DNA of 64,000 nt, taken from NCBI RefSeq assembly GCF_002113885.1, contig NW_018408909.1:477770-541769 (forward strand), given 5' to 3'. Positions 14,501-24,488 of this stretch are shown one piece after another. The stretch's first letter is position 1, and each line of letters begins with the position of its first letter. Under the pieces are notes generated by a model. The model had not been told where the DNA came from, searched no databases, and was given only the letters and a program-made list of their open reading frames with translations. The position numbers and the translations under genes were made by a program. This DNA is from Mizuhopecten yessoensis (taxonomy: Eukaryota).

Positions 14501-15642
14501 AAAAAGAAAGTTGAGATTGAGATTGTTGATCAATCTCATTACAACACACTTTGTTATGTCTTAAATTATTGAAACTGTATGAAAACATTGATTCCAACAT
14601 CAGATAAATCAAATGTTAATGATTATAACTGTAACTTGATTTAGGCTTCAACATTTTCTTTTAAACAAATGATACATACATGTAATTTTGACATTTTGAA
14701 AAAAAACTGAATCCTCACAACTGATTATACCTGAATCGGATGAAGTACTGCTGGAGTCACTACTTTCTGAAGTAGAGCTGTCACGCTTATGTCTTCGCTT
14801 ATTACTGACTGAAACAGAACAAATACACTTGATTAGTGACATTAAAAGTTGGATTGATTACAAATCTTATACATGTATCATACCTGTAGATTGTATAGGA
14901 GGTAAGTATAGATCCAATGTCTCATACCTGTCTATACAAAGTGACTACCCATTCTATTATTGTCATAATGATTAAGGTAAAGTTAGATTCCGCCTATCCA
15001 AGTCTGTGAAGTGCGACTTCTGGCATAGGTGGTATAGCATGTTGATTGTACTAACTCTGAAGGACAGTTATCTCTCCAGATCCACCATGGTATACCCTTA
15101 ATAATTTGTAAATATAGAATGATTAAAATTATTGTTATTTTATATAGAAATAAGTAAGTCTACTTAAGTCACATTGATGGTATTTTAAATGTATTGATTT
15201 TTATCATTGTACTTTTAGCATACAGTAACCAGAGTATCCTCTGGCCCTGAGTCACCAGACCTGGACATTTTGACAGAGGCTGCATATCTCACTATCTGGC
15301 AAATTGTCATAGTCTGGTGTAAGGGCCAGAGGAAAATCGGGCTTAATGCACACATGAACATAAGAATAAGTTACTACTGTGTTTAATATTAGAATCTGAT
15401 GAACCTCTAATGCCACCACACCACCCCCATCCGCCCCACACACCTCTAAAATAATGGTGTAATAATTATAAGGTAACACATTCCTGGGTCCCTGCATTGT
15501 CACTACAAGTTTGCAAACATCTTAAGAAAACAAACAAATATGTGTTGTACAAATTTAGGATATGACAAAATTCCTTCAAATTGAATATTTAAAAAATTGT
15601 TTATTTTTTGTCTTTATATAACTTACCTTTGTCACCTGCCAT
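5567..15642 (-). CDS. Ser/Arg/Lys-rich low-complexity protein (178 aa) with an ordered C-terminal motif; 9 coding exons
   Basis: Exons 15642-15627, 14808-14731, 14223-14158, 13137-13081, 11527-11465, 11138-11095, 10804-10742, 6249-6151 and 5617-5567 all have GT-AG boundaries and compatible phases (537 nt total). Translation: MAGDKVSNKRRHKRDSS...GPVQLSKFIKRSHSKEEENRSAISGKRIKMKVKKSKRDKAMAKNRAQKLDFLNAVL*. Confidence 0.85.
5696..5790. mobile_element. Short MITE with ~21-bp imperfect TIRs and a TTAA-type end
   Basis: TTTACTCATTAACCCCTGAAA ... TTTCGGGGGTGAATGAGTTAA are inverted repeats. Confidence 0.55.
7215..7998. repeat. ~25-27-bp minisatellite (TGTTGTCTGCCCCACTGGTGAACTA), intronic
   Basis: Unit repeats roughly 30 times and gives rise to the spurious ORF 7316..7819. 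Confidence 0.95.
7999..8315. repeat. 48-bp tandem repeat (~6 copies) abutting the previous minisatellite
   Basis: ACATCTTCAAGAGTACCCTCCTGAACATCTTTCATTGAAGCCTCCTT-type unit; translates on the minus strand as (MKDVQEGTLEDAKEAS)n. Confidence 0.9.
9933..10288 (+). mobile_element. tRNA-derived SINE (CORE-like central domain, L2/CR1-type 3' tail), near full length
   Basis: A-box (TAGTCTACTGG) and B-box (GGTTCGAGTC), then TCTTTGAGCAAGATACTT...CAGCTGTAAATGAGTA, then the tail GTGAACCGCTTTGAG...AAAGCTGTATATAAG and (ATT)n. Confidence 0.8.
15226..15345. mobile_element. Palindromic MITE, copy 1
   Basis: Arms CCTCTGGCCCTGA...CACCAGAC / GTCTGGTGTAAGGGCCAGAGG; same family as 24766 and 28063. Confidence 0.8.
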
Positions 15643-17862
15643 GTTGACAGCTTTGAAAATCAGGAATCACATCGAGGTCAGCAGATTACAAGCGTTTTGT
15701 ACCATTCTACACTACAGTACTGGCATCAGATGCGGTGAGAATGTAGTGCACCTGTAGACAGAAACTATGGTTAAAGTCGTATAAAATAATAAGTACAGTA
15801 ACATTTTGAAGACGGTCCACGTCGTGGTACCAGTAGGCCTACACTACAGTATAGTTTGTGGTTTACCTATAATTTGACCTACATGTACTTTCAATTTCTA
15901 TGATAATTTCACAGTACTTGTCAGTAGTTTGACATCCGACTCGGCGGCTGCATCATTCCCAAATTCCTCATATATACTTTGGCATTCACGTAGTTTGAGG
16001 ACCTGTCAAAAGAAACGCAAAATACTGTCTATAATATCCCCAATGTTGACTGAAATCTTGGTAGACTTACCACTTCGTCTAAACACAAGGGGCGTAACTC
16101 CTACAAAATGTAAGAAAATGGTATCACAACACTATTTCATCACCGTTTATCCAGGGGTCGACACTAACACTAGTCAGCTAATCATAGACTAGTAGATTTC
16201 AGCAAGGACTAGTGAAACACCTAACCTAACTGGTACATGTACTTTGGACTTTTGAAAAATATTATCATAAAATAAGAATATTCCCTTTTCAAAATTTAGA
16301 AAACTGCTTAAAATAAGATATATTTCCTGATAGTTGTCATTTTTTTTTAAACTTCACCATATTTTTATGGCAGTAGTTATTTTAAGTCCCCTACAGTTGA
16401 TTACTTTTGATCTTTCGTGCTGTAGATCGCGATGTTTCCTTAAGGAAATATTGGACCAGTTAGATAATCTAATTCCGTGCATTGACAAAGGACTAGTAAA
16501 TAATCTATTCAACTAGTCATGTAGAGTACCAAGCAAAATAAGTTAGTGTCTAACCCTGGTTTCGGGGTAAAATTGTACTTTTCCCTCAACAATGGAAACG
16601 TTTCTGGATGTGGCTCCAACTGTTTTCATACCTTCAAACTTTGGATTTTTTTTCCCCCGGGCCAAAAAGTGAAAAGACTAAATAAACAGTTAACAAGAGT
16701 ACCGCAGGGGAGGAATAACATACAGTAGGCCTGTTCCGACCCTTACCAAACTCATATGTATTGCTTTCTTGTATTGAAGTGTATGAAAATATTTAAACGG
16801 GACAAGAAGAAACTACATGGATAACTTTCTAACGTTGATTTTATTCTGTGATAGGTATACGTCCGTCAAATATGTTCACGGGGCTATGATCAGAGGAGCG
16901 TCCGTCCGTTTCACTGTCCTCAGACTACCTTAGTTTTGCAAGGATAGTCCAACGATTTTGCAGTCGGTCTTCTATAGATAAAAAATAATGCTTTGTTAAG
17001 CTAAATTCTTGATTTCTTTCTTTTGTTAGTTACTTAAGTAATTGACTCCAGTTGTTTTTCTCAGACCGTTATATATGTATGTCCGGTGGGGGTTATATAC
17101 TTATGTAACGTTAAATTATATTGGTAGGGAAAGTCAATGTCTTCTTCCTTTCGGTGTCTTCGCTAATTATAGGTTAGTCCTCTACAACACACCGTTTTGT
17201 GTGGTCTGACTGTGTACGGTTTCTTCATAAAACTCTTAAATATCCTTACATTAAAAAAAATCAGTTTTTGAAATCAAGATGAGACGAGAACAGAATTTTT
17301 GAGTATACTCGATTTCTGTTAGTTATAACAACCTGATATGTTGGGGAAAATAGACAAAAAAACATACCATTTAAACAAGCAAGTTTAATGTTTAATGTCA
17401 TTTGTTAGTTCAACATTTTATACATATATATATACAAAAATGTGCATATTTTTACAACGTAAATTTAGCAGCAAATTATGTGCAATGTACATTCCAAATT
17501 TAATCGATAAACACGTGTGTCTATTGCCTCTTTCCAGTCTTTATTTCTTGTGTTTATAGCAGCTCATTTGCTCGCTAATAATCATACATACTTTGATAAA
17601 CATGAAAACTACTTTTTAAAGCTAATGTCGCATCCCGTACACCATTTACATTATATTTTGATGCTATATTTTAATCTGTACAACATCTCACTAGATTTTA
17701 TCTCTAATAAACTATTCTACATACATTTACTGACGAATTAAAGTATAAGAAAGAAAGCATATCATCTATTCTTTCTATCCTTCTTTCCTCCGTAAAATTC
17801 TGCAGTACACTGCAGTGTAACAGAGAAATATTGTAAGTATATATTTGTCCTTTTTACCACAA

Positions 17863-19173
17863 TTATAATCTGATATCAGAACGAGTCCTGTTCTGGCGGA
17901 AGTAGTCTGTGATTGTCCTTTGGTTTGTCATCACCCCCTTGTGGTGTGCCTCGATATCGTCGTGTACCTCCCACACCGTGTCAAGGTGTTCCCCCAGATC
18001 GGGATGCTGTTCCAGATAACGGATACACAACAGAGCACCATGCTTCGCTTCTGAAGCTGTAATGATGCGCTTTGTTGATATAGGCAGGATTGTACGATGA
18101 GGACGTCTCTGATGACTTGAGCATTCTGAATTGTCTTTTTCCTTTGGAACGTATTGTCGCCTTGATGTACCGTGCGCCTCGTTTTCGCACTCTAATTGCA
18201 GCAAAGGAGAATGGGTAACACTGGTTTGAACGGAATTGCCACTTTCGTCAGCCTCGTTTACGTCATAGTAGTCGTTGCTGTTTTCGTTGTCGGAGACATA
18301 TTCCTCCTTAATTATCATTTCAGTGGGTACAGCGGAAGGGGATATGGCTTGTGATTGAGAACTGTCACTAACGCTTTCTTTTTGCCCATATATGTTCATA
18401 TAGGGAGGATAAAATTGGGATTGATCCATGATTCCAGACTCGTTTACATTGGAATCATAAACGTTAGTAAACATGTTCTGTGTACCATGAAGCATTGTTT
18501 CAGAATCAGAACCAGAATAATCGGGGAACTTTCTATTAAATGCCACTCCAGGGTTGCGATCGTTATATGAGTAGCAGTCCTCTAAAATCTGGAACCGTCC
18601 TGTGGTGCCCCTGCTTTTAATCCCATGGCGTTTCTTGAATTTGAATAACCAACCGTTAGAATACGAAAACGACTGATCAATATGTAATTCCTCTCCGAGG
18701 ATTTTGGCATGTTCGATGATCATTTGATCCGATAAAGTAATCGATGTGTCGATTTTCCTTTGAGCCGATATCCACTTAAAAAGTTCCATTTCCAATTTGT
18801 TGTGTCGTCCACCCCTACTTCTCCTCATCTCTTCCTGGTCAGGTGTGATACTCAACCATTTATCCTTCTGGCGAAGTATCTCCCCTAGGGTTGTCCTTCC
18901 AGCCGGCAAATTCCATTTGTCTTTACAAAACTGGACAAGATTTTCCTGTGTTGCTTTCGGGTTAAATTGTTTATACAGACAAATCTCCCTTTTGTGTCTA
19001 GCTGTAAGGCCAACACGGGTTCGTTTGATTTTCTCTGTTGACAATCCAGACGTATAGTGCATGGTTGCGTCGTTGCGCTGATAACAGTGAACCTCGTCCG
19101 CCATTGTCCTTATATCGGAATGTGACCTAGTTTGTTCTTCGGTTGAATACGGCTCTTCCTCAAGACTTTCCAT
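17863..19173 (-). CDS. Domesticated pogo/Tigger-derived CENP-B-like DNA-binding protein A (HTH-psq + HTH-CENPB, no DDE), intronless, 436 aa
   Basis: Uninterrupted ORF with first ATG at 19173 (the track start at 19194 is TTG). Contains KRTRVGLTARHKREIC, LEMELFKW and FSYSNGWLFKFKKRHG, which are CENP-B/TIGD HTH motifs. C-terminus has EAKHGALLCIRYLE and QRTITDYF. Confidence 0.9.
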   Translation of the reverse strand: MESLEEEPYSTEEQTRSHSDIRTMADEVHCYQRNDATMHYTSGLSTEKIKRTRVGLTARHKREICLYKQFNPKATQENLVQFCKDKWNLPAGRTTLGEILRQKDKWLSITPDQEEMRRSRGGRHNKLEMELFKWISAQRKIDTSITLSDQMIIEHAKILGEELHIDQSFSYSNGWLFKFKKRHGIKSRGTTGRFQILEDCYSYNDRNPGVAFNRKFPDYSGSDSETMLHGTQNMFTNVYDSNVNESGIMDQSQFYPPYMNIYGQKESVSDSSQSQAISPSAVPTEMIIKEEYVSDNENSNDYYDVNEADESGNSVQTSVTHSPLLQLECENEAHGTSRRQYVPKEKDNSECSSHQRRPHRTILPISTKRIITASEAKHGALLCIRYLEQHPDLGEHLDTVWEVHDDIEAHHKGVMTNQRTITDYFRQNRTRSDIRL

Positions 19174-20074
19174 ACCGCTCAAACAAACACGCAACTCGAA
19201 ATTCAGTTACACTGACACAATGAATTACTGTAACCCACGAATTAAGTTACGTTCACAACATGCATATGAGCAGCTCCACCATGACTCCGGGCAGTTTACA
19301 GCGTATGCTGATATAGCGCATGCGTATATATACATGTGTGGGAATTAAATGGCAGAGTACGTAAGCGTGCACATATACAGCGTGTGTGTATACGGAGTTG
19401 TGTCGAGGACACTGTTGTGAACCGACTGCCGTCCGTTTAAACTAATGTATACAATGTGAACTTCTGAGTTAATCTGGTAAAAGCTTATTTCATCTCATTC
19501 ATTGGCCGATTGGGACGTCATTTCAAATATCATTGTATTTGACTACATATCATCCCTATATGCCTACTTATAAAAAACATATCATAGTAAGGATCAGAGG
19601 CTTGTGCTTTACTACAGTTTCCCGTTCATTTGTGAAAAACGTTTAAATAAATTCAATGTATCTGCTTGGAAAGTTGTCATTGGGTATAATCTACCCACCC
19701 ACTGTCCTTGGTGGTGTAAACGTGCGTATACATAGCCTTTGTCGTCTGCTCGTAATGTTACAGTGAGAGCTATTTGTTGTCGTGGAGCTATAAATAGACC
19801 CCGGTTACTATAATCCGACGTTCCGATAATGCTGCAAAACGCATGCGCTAATGGATCATAAACCGGAAGAGAAACACAAGTGTACGAACTGATGTGTACA
19901 AATTCAGACAATGTCCCAGACATCTGATAGGTTATCGGATCTGCATATTTAACGTGAGTAATGGTATACATTGAAGTTATAAAGTATGTATTCATTGGAC
20001 TTATTTGACACGTTGAAAGCATGCATGACGAGTTAAAATTGGGAGTTTGAAGGTGAATTTGTGCTACCGGTCAA
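19174..20074. promoter_or_regulatory. Putative bidirectional promoter between the two CENP-B-like genes
   Basis: ~0.9 kb head-to-head spacer, locally CpG-richer. NRF-1-like GCGCATGCGT (~19316) and ACGCATGCGC (~19839), ETS/GABP-like ACCGGAAG (~19862), and a YY1-like AATATGGCGG overlapping the second ATG of gene B. Confidence 0.6.
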
Positions 20075-21637
20075 ATGAATATGGCGGAAGAAGAGAAAAG
20101 GAGTTTTTCAGACACTAATATTGCTTCATTCACGGCTTTGTCAGACCACACGAGTGAATCACCGAGCTCAGACAACGATGACAAGGTTCCGTCGCCAGCA
20201 GAGGATACTGAGAACACGACAGAATCGTTAATATCAGTCACTGGTGATAACGACACAACATCTACAGCGATCACTGACAATACCGACACAACATCCACAA
20301 CGATCACTGACAAAAACGACACAAAATCCACAGCTGTAACAGCTGATCGTAACCTTCGTAAGAAATTGGCCAAAGCCATGCATAAGGTCAACAACGAAGT
20401 ACGGTTGGGGACTTTACCATCACTGAACGCTGGGGCTACAAAACCAGCAAAACGTAATAGGGTGGAGATCACGGCCAAACATAAACGTGAAATATGTGTC
20501 TACAAACAGTATCATCCTAAAATTACGTACGACGAGTTGGCAAAACATTGCTTAGGTAAATGGAACTTGAAAATCGGACGTTCAACTTTGAGTGATATTA
20601 TTCGACAGAAAGAGAAGTGGCTGAATATCACTCCAGACCAAGAGGACTTGCTGAGAAGCAGAGGCGGACGCCATCGAAAGCTAGAGACTGAGCTTGTGAA
20701 ATGGCTTGCAAATTTACGAAAATGTCATCCTAAACTAGTTTTCACTGACAAGTTTATTCTGGACAACGCAAGACAAATAGGATCGATTTTAAATATTGAC
20801 CAGTCGTTTTCGTATTCCAAAGGCTGGTTAATAAAATTTAAGAAGCGACAAGGACTAAACACCAAGGATGGTAAAGAAATCGCCCGCAGACTGTCCTTGA
20901 TGGAGTTTGACACAGGAAGTAGTATGGACCTCAGTTTATTGGAGGGGAATGAGGCGTTTACACGTGGCAGTCAATACAACGTTGCTGATTCTGGAGCCGA
21001 TCAATCAGTTGTTGACGAATCGTTTCCTACTGTTACACATTCCTGGTCATTCTTAGGCGATTATCGAAACACTAAAGTAGCACAAACTTCCGAAATGTCA
21101 GATTCGAACCCGAACTCTCCACCCCCTGACAGTATGGTCATCAAACAGGAAGTGTGTAGTAACGATGGGGATTATGGGGAATGTAACGACACTGCATGTT
21201 CAGGAAACATGAACGTTGATCAGGAAGGTCAAGGTCAGAATCAATGGGAATCGGACTCGGATATTCCTAATTCGCTTTGTGTCGATCCTGACGGACATGA
21301 CACGGAGATGAACAGCTCATTCCCCGTCCCAGTGTTGTCCTTCCGTACACGGCAAGGTAGTGCACATCCAGGGACATCATGTGAAAGGTCATTTGAGGGT
21401 CAATGTCTTGAGACTCATGAGCAGAAAGAAACGTCATTTCCTGGTAATACGTCAAACTATGTGTCTGTACAAGAGGCGAAGCATTGTGCCATTCGATGCA
21501 TTCGATTTTTTGAAAACCATTCTGATTCGGGAGAACACCTTGATGCTTTGTGGAACGTGTTTCATACCTTGGATTCCATTCCAACACTGGAGATGTCAAG
21601 ACAGGCTACTATCAATCAATATTTCAAGAAAAAATAG
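20075..21637 (+). CDS. Domesticated pogo/Tigger-derived CENP-B-like DNA-binding protein B (HTH-psq + HTH-CENPB, no DDE), intronless, 520 aa
   Basis: Contains KRNRVEITAKHKREIC, LETELVKW and FSYSKGWLIKFKKRQG. N-terminus is Thr/Asp-rich and repetitive. C-terminus has EAKHCAIRCIRFFE and QATINQYF. Paralogue of gene A. Confidence 0.9.
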   Translation: MNMAEEEKRSFSDTNIASFTALSDHTSESPSSDNDDKVPSPAEDTENTTESLISVTGDNDTTSTAITDNTDTTSTTITDKNDTKSTAVTADRNLRKKLAKAMHKVNNEVRLGTLPSLNAGATKPAKRNRVEITAKHKREICVYKQYHPKITYDELAKHCLGKWNLKIGRSTLSDIIRQKEKWLNITPDQEDLLRSRGGRHRKLETELVKWLANLRKCHPKLVFTDKFILDNARQIGSILNIDQSFSYSKGWLIKFKKRQGLNTKDGKEIARRLSLMEFDTGSSMDLSLLEGNEAFTRGSQYNVADSGADQSVVDESFPTVTHSWSFLGDYRNTKVAQTSEMSDSNPNSPPPDSMVIKQEVCSNDGDYGECNDTACSGNMNVDQEGQGQNQWESDSDIPNSLCVDPDGHDTEMNSSFPVPVLSFRTRQGSAHPGTSCERSFEGQCLETHEQKETSFPGNTSNYVSVQEAKHCAIRCIRFFENHSDSGEHLDALWNVFHTLDSIPTLEMSRQATINQYFKKK

Positions 21638-22164
21638 TCCAAAATCCATCGATATATTATAATGTTCTGTGGGAATGTGATTTCTTGTGGAAAATGTGAT
21701 TCTGAAGACATGAGAGGAGCTGTTACAGAGATGGTAGTGTTTTTTTTATTATAAATAACGCACAAATCAGTACTTCTTCGTCCGTCGACTTATTATTTTT
21801 TTAACTGGAGTCGGTGGTCAATTCACATACTTATACAAGCATCCTGTATCTTTCTGTTCGTTTTTTATATACTTTTTAATTATTAAAAATTTGAACCAAC
21901 TTTGCTATATTTATATAAACCACTGTTGCATATCACTAAGGATAATTGTACAGCTTTGAAGACATCTCGCACTGTTCATGACTGTCTGTAAATGTTTAGC
22001 TCTAGTCCTGGATGAAATTGTTCCCTGGTGCGTCCGTCGTTCGTCTATAAACCTTTTCCTTTAAAAATTCGACTCCTGAACCACTAATCATACTTTAAAC
22101 AAATTAGATATGAAGCACCACTGGGCCAAGGGAACTTATTTTGGTATGTACTCTGTACTCTAAA

Positions 22165-22340
22165 ACACACACGCATGCATCTTGCACACAGGGACGGCCT
22201 CCCCTATAAGGAGGCTGCGATATGTTCGTATCACCCAGCAGGACACCCCACCAGGTCACATTATACTGACAACGGGCGAACCAGTCGTCCCACTTCCGCT
22301 TCACTATCGAGTAGTTCGGCTATCCAGCAGACCAATAATG
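22165..22340 (-). mobile_element. Fragment of a Meta-type SINE
   Basis: GGTCACATTATACTGACAACGGGCGAACCAGTCG resembles the MetaSINE central domain as I recall it. A matching tail-like remnant (GGTTTGGTTT...TTTAACGTCCTATTAAC) lies at ~11615-11658. Confidence 0.5.
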
Positions 22341-22599
22341 CCAACTGAATTGGGTAGGGTTATATATTGGCAATGCTATACGATGATAAATATAACCTGG
22401 ACACGCGTACGGTAGCATGGGGTGTTACATGTAGGTGTATGTGGCTAAGGGACTCTCTCTTCGTCCCTCCCCACACGACATCACATTGTTCAGACCTTAA
22501 ATTGCATCACAGACAAACAATCAAATATCTTTATGAGTTTTATATTCCTGAAATTCATAACAAAAATATAATCTGATTTAAAAAAAAATTATATAAATA

Positions 22600-23330
22600 G
22601 TACGTACCAAGACAAATATGTAATTACGTAAGTATGGGGCTTCCATGCAGCACCGGATATAGAAAAGTTACATGTATTTTTTTGCAAATTGATTTTGAGG
22701 TTACATAGTAAGGCAGGTAATTATATGGCATATTATGAACTAGGAAGGTATCCTATGAATATAGTTCGAAAATTTCGTATTTTCAAATATTGGATAAAAT
22801 TAAGAGGTTCTGAAAACTATATTTTAAAATAATGCTACTCTGAGATACGATGTAACTAGGATATATGGTTAGTAAGGTGAGGCAAGAATTATACGTAATT
22901 GGTCTGGCTTATGTGTGGGAAGCCCCGAGTCTAAATAATGATACATATTTTTGTATATTCAAACAAGAATGTCTTGAAAAAATAACATCCTCTGCAAAAG
23001 GTGCACTTTTATCAATATATTTGTTATTTTATTTGTATAAATCTATCAATATCAATTATGTAAAACATCTTTATAAAATAAGACTATCAGCACACAGATT
23101 AAATATTGAATGTGGCAGGTAAAACAATATCGAAAGAGGAAACAGATTGTGGACATTATGTAATATGAATGAGGTAGAAATTGAATTTCGTTTCATTTTG
23201 AAATGTCCTTGTAATGCTGACATAAGAGCTAAATTCATATTTTATTAAACATATGTTTTATATATTATATTGTACTGTATATATATTGTAACTGATAAGT
23301 CGGAAGACTTAAAGTAATAACAAACTTGTA
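22600..23330 (+). mobile_element. 5'-truncated, degenerate non-LTR retrotransposon (CR1/L2-group ORF2 3' end)
   Basis: Frameshifted, stop-interrupted peptides ELGRYPM...FRIFKYWIKL, KIRLSAHRLNIECGR and R.NRL..LCNMNEVE.EF.FILKCP (C-terminal Cys motif). A 3' stem-loop TAAGTC-GGAA-GACTTA lies at 23296-23311. Confidence 0.8.
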
Positions 23331-23339
23331 ATGACATAA

Positions 23340-24180
23340 GTATATATTGATGTGACCGATTTGTAATTACATTAGTGTAATTATATTCATGAACTTTCGT
23401 TTATTACATCTGTATGATTATATGTGACCTATCTATAATTACATCTATAAAATGATACAATGATATGTGACAGATATGTAATTATATTAGAGTAATCATA
23501 AAACAGATCTGTTATTACATCTATAGTAATGTGTGTGACAGATATGAAATTACATTAGTGTAATCATATGACAGACCCGTAATTACATTAGTGTAATCTT
23601 ATGACACACCCGTACTACATTTGTGTAATCTTAAGACAGACCGTAATTACATTAGTATAATCATATGACAGACATGTATTAATTAAATTTGTGTAATCAT
23701 ATGACAGAACCGTAATTACATTAGTGTAATCATATGACAGACATGTAATTACATTCGTGTAATCATATGACAGACATGTAATTAAATTTGTGTTATCATA
23801 TGACAGACATGTAAATAAATTTGTGTAATCATATGACAGACCTGTAATTACATTTGTGTAATCATATGACAGACCTGTTATTACATTTATGTGATCTTAT
23901 GTCAGATATGAATTACATTTATGTGATCTTATGTCAGATATGAATTACATTTATGTGATCTTATGACAGATATGAATAACATTAGTGTGATCATATGAAA
24001 TTTCGGTAAATATATATCTATACTTTGGTATGTGAGGAATCTGTAATAACATTTGGTTGATCTTATGACAGACCTGTAATCACATCTATACACAATGATA
24101 TTAGTGTATTCATATACCAGATATGTAGTTTCATATATAAAAGATATGTGACAGATGTATAATTACACACGTTAGTAAGA
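23340..24180. repeat. ~33-bp minisatellite (GTAATTACATTAGTGTAATCATATGACAGAC..) with degenerate edges
   Basis: Periodic unit read directly; most homogeneous at 23540-24000. Confidence 0.9.
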
Positions 24181-24488
24181 ACGTGAAATATGTATCCTAT
24201 GTATTTGCTCTCTTCCAACAATGTATAACATTCACAACAAATATTTCATCACTGATTTATAATTGTATATGATAGTGTTCTCCTTTTCAAACAAGAAATA
24301 AAAAGGGCACTTCATTACATCTTGCTTGTGACATTGCACAAATGTATCAGTCAAGACAAAACAATCATTCCTGTAAATTCATTTGTGCTGCACATATATA
24401 GTAACACTCTAGAATATTTGAAAAATTATTCACTTTTACAAAACAACGAAATCATTATATTATTATTTCCGTTTCCGGTTATCTAGAT

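Noticed and set aside
19612-20022. 136-aa ATG-initiated ORF between the CENP-B-like genes
   Set aside because: No recognisable motif, and it overlaps promoter-like sequence. It cannot be supported without conservation or Ribo-seq data, though it is worth a tblastn.
20071-20478. 135-aa minus-strand ORF
   Set aside because: Antisense shadow of the Thr/Asp-rich N-terminus of gene B.
17300-22000. Active composite pogo transposon
   Set aside because: No DDE domain in either ORF, no TIRs or TSD seen, and the paralogues are too diverged to be inverted arms of one element.
23290-23315. Hammerhead ribozyme-like CTGATAA-stem-AAA (also CTGATGA in the 29-bp satellite)
   Set aside because: The catalytic core does not match (needs CTGANGA and GAAA), and stems I and III are not evident.
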